Origin: an uncultured Nitrospinota bacterium | GTDB taxonomy: Bacteria; Tectomicrobia; Entotheonellia; J063; CAVPRW01 | Assembly: GCA_963707985.1 (NCBI GenBank) | Contig: CAVPRW010000013.1 | Coordinates: forward strand, 64,186-128,185 | DNA: 64,000 bases | Direction of reading: 5' to 3' | In this document: positions 55,152 through 64,000 of the stretch, in pieces | How the letters are laid out: every line of letters begins with the position of its first letter | How positions within the stretch are numbered: the stretch's first letter is position 1 | Position numbers and translations under genes: made by a program | The notes under the pieces: generated by a model | Told to the model about the DNA's origin: nothing | The model's input: only the letters and a program-made list of their open reading frames with translations | Databases searched by the model: none

Positions 55152-56747
55152 ATGATGCAGGATTCTTCACAGGTGAAGTTGTCTCTGACGCGCCGCCGCT
55201 TTCTGCAAGGCTCAGTCGGCGGGGTCGCTGGACTCACGGCCTGGCTTCATGGATGGCCCAGACTTCTGGCCGCTCCTGCAGCCAAGGATGAGCCTTCTGG
55301 CCAGATGACCTGGGCCGTGCATGTGACGATTGCACCGACGTGGTTTGATCCTGCCGAGACGCCGGGGACAATCACACCGTTCATGCTGATGTATGCGCTG
55401 CATGACGCCATGTTCAAGCCCATGCCCGATAATTCCATGGCTCCCAGCCTGGCCACACGATGGCAGCAGAGCCCAGACGGACTGACCTATGATTTTGAGC
55501 TGCGCCAGGGCATCACATTTCACAACGGCGAGCCCTTTACGGCAGAGGATGTGCAATTCAGCTTCGAACGCTATAAAGGGTCAGGCAATGCGGAAATGAA
55601 ATCAAAGGTCAAGGCGGTGGAAATCGTTGATCCACAGCATATCCGGTTCCGTCTCAATGAACCGTGGCCTGATTTTATGACCTTCTATGGCACCCCGGCG
55701 TCGGGGGCGGGATGGATCGTCCCAAAGAAATATATTGAGAAGGTCGGCACCGATGAATTCAAGAAGAATCCTATCGGTCTTGGCCCCTATCGCGTCGTCG
55801 AGCATCAGCCTGGGGTCGAATTGGTCCTGGAGGCCAACACCAAATATTGGCGCCAAGTGCCGAACGTCAAACGCATCGTGTTCAAGAGCGTCCCCGAGGC
55901 TACTACACGGTTGGCGATGTTGAAGAAGCGTGAGGCCGATGTAGCCTATGCCATGTATGGTCCTCTGGCAGAGGAAGTTCAGCGGGACTCCAGTCTGAAA
56001 CTGGAACCGGTGGTTGGACAATCGGTCCAGTGGATCAGCTTTGTCGACCAGTATGAACCGAAGTCGCCCTGGGCCGATAAGCGGGTTCGTCTGGCGGCTA
56101 GTATGGCCTTCAATCGCCAGGCAGTCAATGAAGCCGAGATGCTAGGATATTCCGTGCTCACCGGGAACATCATCTCACGTAAAATGGAGTATGCGCTGCC
56201 GTTGGAGCCACACCCCTATGATCCGAAACGGGCGAAGGAACTCCTGAAGGAAGCTGGGTATCCCAATGGCTTCGATGCCGGCGAGTGCAGCACTGAAAAT
56301 GTGTACGCCCCGGTGGTGGAGGCTCTGGTGAACGATCTAGGCGTGGTCGGGATCCGCGCCAAGGTGAGGGCCATCGAGCGCGCGGCCATGGTTGCGGCAC
56401 AAGGCGAAAAGCGTGTCAAGAACCTGACGCGTCAGGGAAGTGGTGCCTACGGCAATGCCGCCACCCGCATCGAGGCCTTCATGACCAGCGGTGGGGCGCA
56501 ATCCTTCCTGAAGGATGCTGAAATCGACGCCTGGTACGCTCAGCAAGCCACAGAACTTGATACCAAGAAGCGCGAAGCCATCCTGCACAAGATTCAGCAG
56601 AAGGTCTACGATGAAGCCTTGTTCATTCCCATTTTTGAGTTGGGCTTCCTCTGTGCGTCGGGGCCGCGGGTGGCCATTTCTGGATTAGGGCTGATTCCAG
56701 CCTACATCTACTCCGGCCCCTTTGAGGAGATACGCCTGAAAGCCTAG
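55152..56747 (+). CDS. Family-5 ABC substrate-binding protein (Tat signal)
   Basis: TRRRFL; close paralogue of 46249-47845. Confidence 0.93.
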   Translation: MMQDSSQVKLSLTRRRFLQGSVGGVAGLTAWLHGWPRLLAAPAAKDEPSGQMTWAVHVTIAPTWFDPAETPGTITPFMLMYALHDAMFKPMPDNSMAPSLATRWQQSPDGLTYDFELRQGITFHNGEPFTAEDVQFSFERYKGSGNAEMKSKVKAVEIVDPQHIRFRLNEPWPDFMTFYGTPASGAGWIVPKKYIEKVGTDEFKKNPIGLGPYRVVEHQPGVELVLEANTKYWRQVPNVKRIVFKSVPEATTRLAMLKKREADVAYAMYGPLAEEVQRDSSLKLEPVVGQSVQWISFVDQYEPKSPWADKRVRLAASMAFNRQAVNEAEMLGYSVLTGNIISRKMEYALPLEPHPYDPKRAKELLKEAGYPNGFDAGECSTENVYAPVVEALVNDLGVVGIRAKVRAIERAAMVAAQGEKRVKNLTRQGSGAYGNAATRIEAFMTSGGAQSFLKDAEIDAWYAQQATELDTKKREAILHKIQQKVYDEALFIPIFELGFLCASGPRVAISGLGLIPAYIYSGPFEEIRLKA

Positions 56748-56775
56748 GCTGTCCCAACCTTCGTCTCATCTCTAT

Positions 56776-56850
56776 TCACCCTCTCCCGGAGGGAAGGGAG
56801 AGGGTGAGGGAATGCCGAGAGTGTATGCGAATGCCCTCACCCGAATCTTC
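56776..56850. repeat. REP-like palindromes between convergent genes
   Basis: CACCCTCTCCC-GGAGGAA-GGGAGAGGGTG hairpin followed by inverted CCCTCACCC copy. Confidence 0.6.
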
Positions 56851-56881
56851 CCGCCGAGGCAAAGGCCCCAACATCATGCGC

Positions 56882-58249
56882 TTAAATCTTCACCATCTGA
56901 ATCACTTCGCCGATATCCGGCACTTGATCCAGATTCCAGAGGCGATCGAGGAGTTCATCGATCTGCCTGGATGTGAGCCACTCCGCCGCGAGCCTCCGAA
57001 ATTTGCCCTCGATTTCCTGATCACTCATCGGGTTTTTATAGTGCCCCCGGTGGTATGGCACCTCGGCCGTGAGACGATCACCCCCTGAGGTGACGATTTC
57101 GACAATGCTCAGCATGGCCTCGGGGGCGCGTCGATTGGCTTCCTCGGAAACGCTCACCTTGACCTTCTGGACAAGCGCCATCAGCTTGGGATCCTGCCAG
57201 TATTCAGGGCTGAAATGTCGAGGCTCGACCGTGCCATACATCAGCGCTACCGCTGTGGTATACGGCATGCTGTGATCGGCCGTCTCGCGATTGCTCGGAT
57301 GCCATTTCTCGGCGTCTCCGGCCATGATGTTTACAGCTGTCTGTAGCGTCTCAATACGGACCTCTGCGATATCATCGACGTTTCTGTCGCCAAGTTGTTG
57401 GCGCGCCTGTAGGGCGGCCTCGACCACCGTCTGTGAGTAGAGGCCAAGAGGGTAACGCTTGACGGTGCAGTCGAGGATCTTGAATGGCCTGCCCTGCCCG
57501 CCAAAGGGTTGAAGCTCAAATGGCGCCCCGCTGACAGCGGCGAAGAAGCCGCCAGGCCCCTCGAAAATGGGTGAGGGACCCGTGAGCCCTTGCGCCGCGA
57601 GCTGTACCGCAAAGACCGCGTTGCGGCTGGCGTTCGCGAAGGCACAGCCCTTCCACAGCGACACATCGCCGATGCGCGTCTGGTACAGAGCGTTGTTCGC
57701 CGCGATGCTGAGATTGAAGGCCTGAGCGGTCTCCTCGGGCGTAAGACCCAAGGCTTTGGCTGCCGCGGCGGTACTTGCCATGACGCCGACCGTTACGTGG
57801 TCAAAACCTCGACTCCGCACCGATACCGCATCGCACAGACGGCAGAAGACCTCATAGGCCAGGACTGTAGCCGTGATGACGCTTTTACCATCGCCATGCG
57901 TGATTTCGGCTGGGGAGAGCACCGCGGCAATCGCATCACTAGGATGACCCGACTCTTTGCTGGTATACCCATCGTTAAAATCCAAGTAACGAATCATCAC
58001 GCCATTGGCGAACGTGGCCAGGTCCAGGCTCGTCTGCTGTCCACTCCCCAGGACGGTGGCCGGCTGCCGGCTGGAAATCGTCCCAGCCAGAGCACGCGCC
58101 ACTTTGCTGGGTTCGCTGGCATAACCCCCGATGGCACATCCCAACGTATCCACCAGCAGCCGCTTGGCTTGGCGTACCACCTCAGCCGGTAAATCTCTAA
58201 AGGTCAGCGAATGCGTATAGTCGCATAAATAGTCCACGATTTTGTCCAT
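56882..58249 (-). CDS. MmgE/PrpD family protein (2-methylcitrate dehydratase-like)
   Basis: MIRYLDFND, GHPSD, RETADHSMPY. Confidence 0.92.
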   Translation of the reverse strand: MDKIVDYLCDYTHSLTFRDLPAEVVRQAKRLLVDTLGCAIGGYASEPSKVARALAGTISSRQPATVLGSGQQTSLDLATFANGVMIRYLDFNDGYTSKESGHPSDAIAAVLSPAEITHGDGKSVITATVLAYEVFCRLCDAVSVRSRGFDHVTVGVMASTAAAAKALGLTPEETAQAFNLSIAANNALYQTRIGDVSLWKGCAFANASRNAVFAVQLAAQGLTGPSPIFEGPGGFFAAVSGAPFELQPFGGQGRPFKILDCTVKRYPLGLYSQTVVEAALQARQQLGDRNVDDIAEVRIETLQTAVNIMAGDAEKWHPSNRETADHSMPYTTAVALMYGTVEPRHFSPEYWQDPKLMALVQKVKVSVSEEANRRAPEAMLSIVEIVTSGGDRLTAEVPYHRGHYKNPMSDQEIEGKFRRLAAEWLTSRQIDELLDRLWNLDQVPDIGEVIQMVKI

Positions 58250-58320
58250 GGCATTACCCCCTCTATTGGGACGCCTGCGTAAGCCCAGCAATGGCCCAGC
58301 GGGCAGGCGCAGGTGGGAAC

Positions 58321-59430
58321 TCAAGACAGGTTGTAGAGACGAAGGCAGTTGTCCCACAGGATCTTGTGTTTCGTTTCTTTGGAGACCGGCAATTCCAGGA
58401 ACGCTTCAGAGGCATGCGGGTAGTCCGAGTCCCAGTGCGGATAGTCGGACGACCAGACGATATTATCGTCGCCGATTTGCTCGACCACCTGCTTGAGGCC
58501 GCGTTCCTCCTCCGCGCCGACGAAGCACTGCCGCATGAAGTAAGCGCTTGGTGGCATCGTCAAGGTCGGCGCATCCCACTCGGCCAGACGCTCGAAATCG
58601 TGATCGATGCGATCGAGCCAGAATGGCACCCAGCCGGTGTTACATTCCAGCAAGGCGACGCGCAGACGTGGAAAAGCCTCCAGGACTCCGCCGATGATCA
58701 AGCCCAGGCTGGTATACATCATGGCAATCGGATGGGAGGCGACGTGCATCATAAGCCGATTCTTGCCGAACTGGTCTCCCGGCTGCGGGATGACCGTGCC
58801 GGTCCCCTCGTGGAAACACACGGGGACGTTCAATTCCTGGAGCTCGAACCATAGCGGATCGAAATAGCGGTCGTGCCAGTGCCGGCCGTTGACCAGGCTC
58901 GGATGCAGAAAGACGCCCAGGAAGCCAAGCTCTTGCACCGCCCGCCGGGTCTCAGTGACGGCCTCCACGATGTCGTGCGGCGGGATCATGGCTACGCCGC
59001 GGAGTCGTTCCGGCGCGTGCTGACAGAAGTCATAGAGCCAGTTGTTATAGGCCCGGCAGATCGCCGCCGCGAACGCCGGGTCTAGACCATCGAAGCCCAT
59101 GACATAGAGCCCGATGGTGGGGAAGAGCGCCGCTACATCCACCCCTTCACGATCCATCGCGGCGAGCTGAGCAACGGAATCAAAGCCGCGGGCGGCGTCG
59201 GTCTCAAGGTGCGGTCCCACCACACGGAACATTCCATTCCAGCGCGTTCGCGCGTGGGAATCCACCGTGGGCAGCATGTGCCCCTCCAGGAGGCCGTAGG
59301 TGCCGACCGGATACTTCCCGACGATCTTCGGTGCGCGATCCTTAAACGCCCCGTCGATGTAGGTCTCCCACATCGCGGGGGGCTCGATGATGTGCATGTC
59401 CGAGTCGATGATCCTGAAGTCGTGTTTCAT
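58321..59430 (-). CDS. Amidohydrolase family 2 protein
   Basis: IIDSDMHIIEP, RAYNNWL, FHEG, WSSDYPHWD. Confidence 0.92.
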   Translation of the reverse strand: MKHDFRIIDSDMHIIEPPAMWETYIDGAFKDRAPKIVGKYPVGTYGLLEGHMLPTVDSHARTRWNGMFRVVGPHLETDAARGFDSVAQLAAMDREGVDVAALFPTIGLYVMGFDGLDPAFAAAICRAYNNWLYDFCQHAPERLRGVAMIPPHDIVEAVTETRRAVQELGFLGVFLHPSLVNGRHWHDRYFDPLWFELQELNVPVCFHEGTGTVIPQPGDQFGKNRLMMHVASHPIAMMYTSLGLIIGGVLEAFPRLRVALLECNTGWVPFWLDRIDHDFERLAEWDAPTLTMPPSAYFMRQCFVGAEEERGLKQVVEQIGDDNIVWSSDYPHWDSDYPHASEAFLELPVSKETKHKILWDNCLRLYNLS

Positions 59431-59675
59431 CGCCTGCTGCCCTCCGCTCCACATATCCCTGGCTGAATCGGTAAGACCTCTCGATGTTGCCCTCAATCTG
59501 ACCATCAGAGAGGTCCAGATGATCGGTCTTCGATGATGATCGAGCCCGGCCGATAACGCCCTCACCGCCCGTTCTACGTCTGTCATACAGGAAAAGTCAT
59601 ACGGTGTCAAAAGGCGGGATGCGCAGCAAGGAAAGGGCGTTGACAGTTGCCATGCTCTTCGATAGTTTTCAATCG

Positions 59676-60473
59676 GAGAGTGTTAAAAATGAGATAGATA
59701 TGGGATGCTGTCCCTTTCTTGATATCCTACCCAGAAGGGAGAGCCTATGATCACTTGTAAAAACTGTCAAGCCACCCATACCGTAAAAAATGGATTTGTA
59801 CGAGATAAACAAAGATATAAATGTAAAATGTGTGGGTATAATTTTGTGTTGGGTGACGAGCGTCATTCGCATGCCACTGAGGTCAAAAAAGCCTTATGCA
59901 TTATTCTGTACTCGTTAGGAAAAGCCTCATTTGGCTTTATGGCCAAACTCCTAGGAGTCTCACGCACCACCACCTATTACTGGATTCGACAAGCTGCTGC
60001 TGGGACTGATGAACCGACCATTACTCCAGACATTCGAGAAATCGAATTTGATGAGATGTGGCATTTTATCCAATCAAAAAAAGAAAAATCTGGATTATCA
60101 AAGCCGTGGATCGTCGCACAGGGCGAACCATTGCCTGGGTACTTGGTGGTCGTGATGCTACAACATTCCAACGTCTCTATGATAAACTCAAACATTTGAC
60201 GGCGTGTATTTTCTATACAGACGACTGGGATGCATTTGCCAAGGTCTTACCCAAAGAGCGCCATATCATTGGCAAAGCACATACGCATGCGATTGAGCGA
60301 GATAATTCGAATACGAGACATCACCTTGGGCGGATGACGCGACGAACCAAGGTCGTCTCTAAATCGACAGACATGCTTCATGCCTCTTTAAAGCTGTGGT
60401 GTGCACTCAATGTCCCAGCCATCTTCGCGGCATACCAAGCATTGTTCTTATCAATCTTTAATTGAACACTCTC
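59676..60473 (+). mobile_element. IS1-family element (InsA 59747-60199 / InsB to 60465, -1 frameshift)
   Basis: TIRs GAGAGTGTTAAAAATGAGATAGA / TCAATCTTTAATTGAACACTCTC; CKNC...CKMC zinc finger; EFDEMWHF, YTDDW, IERDN; A7G slippery run at 60076-60083. Confidence 0.95.
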
Positions 60474-60773
60474 TCATATAATTTCAAGAATAGTCATCCT
60501 GCCAGAATCCAAATGCTCAGCACCGTGTTGACACGATCCCGAAAAGACGGCCGGTTGTGAACGGGAGCTGGTGACGGGCAACTTGGGACACCGCGCTCTC
60601 GCCATGGGAATTGCTGGCTCCCTGGGGCTTGACACGCCAGTATACATTGACACCGCCCGCACATCCCTTGTACCATCTGGGCTCAACCCCGTGCTATCGT
60701 TTGTCCCCAGATTGTGACACCCATTTCTGGTGCCGGGTCGCCACCGCGCCAGCTGGGCCTGAAGGAGGTTTGC

Positions 60774-61310
60774 ATGAGCAGTCACACCAACTGGCCCGCG
60801 AGGTTCGCCGAGATGCTCGACCTCGTGGGCCTCTCAGAAGAGGACCGGCAGCTGATCAAGGCAAGTAGCGCACTCATCATGCCGCACGCCGGACGCCTGA
60901 ACGATATTGTCTATGAGCAGCTCTTACAGCACCCGCAGTCTCGGAAGTTCTTTGTCACAGCCGACGATAAGCCAAACGCGAAGCGGATCGAGGACAATAA
61001 GCAGACGATGATCACCTGGTTGCGGGCGACGGCCACGGCTCCCCTGAACGAGGGTTTTGTGCGTTACCTGGTGGGTATTAGTCAAATGCATCGCAATATA
61101 CCCATCCATCGGCCGCATCTATCGCCGGTGGCGCCGCGTTATTTCATCGGCACGATTTCGTTCTATCAGACCGCAATCGCCGACATTCTGCAGCAACAGA
61201 TGCCGGATCCTGCCCTGGCATCTCGCACCAGTGTGGCCTGGAATAAATGGCTGATGGTGGGGCTGGAGATGCTGCTAGCGGGGTACCTAGCGCACGATGG
61301 GGACGACTGA
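60774..61310 (+). CDS. Stand-alone protoglobin/sensor-globin-like protein
   Basis: LVGLSEEDRQLI, VYEQLL.HP..RKFF, ISQMH (candidate proximal His), VAPRY, AWNK. Confidence 0.78.
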   Translation: MSSHTNWPARFAEMLDLVGLSEEDRQLIKASSALIMPHAGRLNDIVYEQLLQHPQSRKFFVTADDKPNAKRIEDNKQTMITWLRATATAPLNEGFVRYLVGISQMHRNIPIHRPHLSPVAPRYFIGTISFYQTAIADILQQQMPDPALASRTSVAWNKWLMVGLEMLLAGYLAHDGDD

Positions 61311-61444
61311 TACCGACGTGACCTATTGGGCATTGTCGGAGTTTCTTGCTCGCCGCACAGTTTTAGGATAACATAGCACCCCGCTGCGATAGGAGACGTG
61401 CGGCAAGTTATCTCGCCAATCCCTGTCGAATGGAGGAAGTTGCC

Positions 61445-62071
61445 ATGTTCTACGAAGTGCGAACCTACACGTTTCGACCCGGTACCCTGGCTGAGTTCGA
61501 GGAACGCTATGCCAAACGCTTGCCCCTACGCGAGAAGCACTCCAAACTGGGGGCCTTCTGGCATACGGAGGTAGGGCCACTGAACCAGGCCATCCATGTC
61601 TATCCCTATGAGAGCCTGGAGCAACGCACAGCCGTACGCGAAGCCATGGCCAAAGATACCGCACTGGCCCAACTTCCCGGCGGGCGAGACTTGATCGTGG
61701 CCCAAGAAGCCGAGATCGTGGTCCCAGCACCATTTATGCATCCCCTGGGCAGCCGGGACTATGGCACCGGGAACGTTTACGAAATGCGCATCTACACCTA
61801 TGCCGCCGGCGACCTCCCGAAGGTGCTGGATGCTTGGGGTAAAGCCATCGAGGCACGCGAGAAGTTCTCACCCCTGGCGGCCTGCTGGACGAATGAGCTC
61901 GGCGCGCTGAATAGATTCTGGCACGTCTGGGTTTACAAAGACCTGAACGAACGCGCCCGCATCCGTACAGAAACCCGCACGACTGGGGCTTGGCCACCAC
62001 AGAGTGGCGTGCGTCCGATCCGCCAGGAAAACAGAATCCTGGTGGCGGCGCCCTTCTCGCCTGTGCGCTAG
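61445..62071 (+). CDS. Tandem NIPSNAP-domain protein
   Basis: YEVRTY and YEMRIY repeats, TEVGPLNQAIHVYPY, PFSPVR. Confidence 0.92.
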   Translation: MFYEVRTYTFRPGTLAEFEERYAKRLPLREKHSKLGAFWHTEVGPLNQAIHVYPYESLEQRTAVREAMAKDTALAQLPGGRDLIVAQEAEIVVPAPFMHPLGSRDYGTGNVYEMRIYTYAAGDLPKVLDAWGKAIEAREKFSPLAACWTNELGALNRFWHVWVYKDLNERARIRTETRTTGAWPPQSGVRPIRQENRILVAAPFSPVR

Positions 62072-62100
62072 TCATCTGATGTGAGCTTCCATGCATTTGT

Positions 62101-62144
62101 CTGCCTGGACGGGTCTGGCCATTGGGTCAGGCCCCTCCAGGCAG
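62101..62144 (+). terminator. Long hairpin after the NIPSNAP gene
   Basis: CTGCCTGGA..GGGTCTGGCC / GGTCAGGCCC..TCCAGGCAG. Confidence 0.55.
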
Positions 62145-62521
62145 CCTCTAACGCCTGGCGCGACCCGCCGTTTTCATCCGCTGGTCTAGAAGCTCACACC
62201 TCTGCCTGGTGAGCTGAATGACGCCCGGCCTGGCGTAAAGGAAGAAATGCCGCGCTTCCTCCCAAACGTTCCAAAACCCTCGATGCAAGCCTCACAAGTC
62301 TAGAGTTTCTGGCCTATGCGGCTATGATCGGTGCGAAGTCCCTCCCCGTCATCACCCACGACTGTGCATGGTTGGAAGACCTATGGTCCTGAGAGGGGGT
62401 TTCGGCTACAATAGGCGCTCTATCGTTCCATCGGTTGTCAGGAAAAATCAGGCCGGAGGTCAACATCGCCAGCGTCTCAGGGCGATTGGACAGCGTAAGC
62501 TGAGAGAGGAGAGGGTTCCAT

Positions 62522-63312
62522 ATGGATTTAGAGTTGAAAGATAAAGTGGCCATCGTGGGCGGAGCGAGCAAGGGTCTGGGGCGGGTTGTGCAGAAGTGCT
62601 GGCTCAAGAAGGGACCAAGGTGGTCATGTGTAGCCGCACCCAGGCTGATCTAGAGCAGGCCGCGCAGGAGATTCGTCAGACAACTGATACCGAAGTGCTG
62701 GTCTTTGCTGGTGATCTGGACAAACACGAGACCATTCGCAACCTGATTGCTACCACCGTCGCCCACTTCGGGCGTCTCGATATCATGGTGAATAACTCCG
62801 GCGGCCCACCACTGGCCAGGGCCTACAACGCGACGGAAGAGCAGTGGGCAGTTGCCGTGCAGCGCTCCCTGCTGTTCTTCGCCCGCATGTGCAGGGAGGC
62901 CCTCCCCCATCTCAAGCAACAGAGTGGTGGCCGGATTATCAATATTTTGGCCAGCACCGTCTACCAGCCCATTCCTAACCTGGCGCTCTCGGGTGCTACC
63001 CGTATGGGCGTGGTGGCGTTCGCCAAGAGCCTGGCCGATGAAGTGGGCCGTGATGGCATCCTGGTCAACAACGTCTGCCCTGGCTCTATTCTGACTGAAC
63101 GCATGCTCTCCAACGTCACGGCCCGAGCCAAGGAACTGGGCATTTCAGTGGAGGAGGGACTGGCCCAGCGCGCCGCCGAGACCGCCGTCGGACGTATCGG
63201 GGAACCCAAGGAGCTGGCGTATCTGGTGGCGTTCCTGGCCTCGGGGAAGTCCAGCTACATTACCGGCACCACCATTCTCGTTGATGGTGGCCTGGTGCGC
63301 TCGGTGTTGTAG
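62522..63312 (+). CDS. SDR-family oxidoreductase (frameshift near 62585)
   Basis: MDLELKDKVAIVGGASKGLG from ATG 62522, continues in ORF 62596-63312 (VNNSGGP, VNNVCPG, VDGG). Confidence 0.9.
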
Positions 63313-63354
63313 CCTTGTCGCCAGGTTAGGAAGCCGACCGATGGCGCTGGATGT

Positions 63355-64000
63355 TCACTGTAGTCCTGTGCGGTCTGAGAATTCAGAGGGTGTCGCAAAT
63401 CGGACTTCCACGAGGGGGCGGATCTCCCAGCGCGCTGTAGTGGCCTGCGAGCGCTTCCCTCGGGAACGTGCAGGAGGGGGTGCAGCGGGAATCGACAGCT
63501 GGCCTGTCAGTTGCACAAGATTGGACGCTGCATCACCGAGCCGCGGAGCGAAGGTTCCTGCTGCCGGAGCAGCTGTTGTCTGATGAAGGTCCGCACCGTC
63601 TGGAGCTGCACTTGTCCGGCTGGCGATCCTTCGACCTGGTGTGGGGGAGGTACCGTGGCGACCAGCACCTGGGCTCCAGCCTGTCGGCTCGGGCTGACGT
63701 ACAAGTGGTAGGTGCTGTCGGGGGCACGGGAGATGCGGTAGACCCATCCGGTGACGTGTAGCGTGTCTCCTACCTGTATGTCTGAGGCGGCTGACCCTGG
63801 CGAGGAGGCGCGGACGGTGTTGGCAGCCTTCTCGGGTGAGCCTTGGATGGCTAGGAGCTCCGTCACACTGACGGTTGCCGGTATCTCCGCCGGATCAAAC
63901 GAGCTCACCGGACTGCCCTGTCCATTTGCAGAGTTCCGGCCGATTGTGCGACTGGAAGCAGGAAGTGGACCATCCTTTGGCTGTCCGCTCGGCCGTTGGT
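63355..64000 (-). CDS. Hypothetical protein, 5' end outside window, frameshift near 63515
   Basis: ORF 63507-63908 (LHVTGWVYRI...YHLYV) continues as VQLTGQL...WEIRPLVEVRF in 63355-63747. Confidence 0.55.

Noticed and set aside
1..64000. CRISPR arrays, tRNA, rRNA
   Set aside because: No regularly spaced repeats or recognisable structural RNA motifs seen by eye

Overview
GC-rich bacterial window. The gene repertoire (many LLM oxidoreductases, MmgE/PrpD, amidohydrolase, orphan family-5 solute-binding proteins, NHL and NIPSNAP proteins) suggests a Tectomicrobia/Entotheonella-like organism; this is inference only. 1-20.9 kb is an accessory/defence island: a decayed SNF2-helicase + large N6-adenine methyltransferase (type IIG/DISARM-like) operon interleaved with toxin-antitoxin-type modules, IS481-like and IS6 elements, a DUF4157 protein with a probable double-psi-barrel C-terminus, and a lipase-3 + App1-phosphatase pair beside a DUF3616 gene. 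21-37 kb is mostly catabolic enzymes plus an adenylate cyclase-TPR gene with an unusual leader. 37-43.5 kb holds a TIR remnant, a sigma54-type cyanate ABC transporter + cyanase operon and a lower-GC AAA ATPase + DUF4276 pair. 44-57 kb has peptide-type ABC genes (two collapsed operons, three paralogous SBPs), queC and an M1 aminopeptidase. 57-64 kb has PrpD, amidohydrolase, IS1, a globin, NIPSNAP and an SDR. Many genes carry frameshifts (some probably sequencing indels) and several carry internal deletions. No rRNA, tRNA or CRISPR array was recognised. Family assignments are from motif recognition, not database searches.
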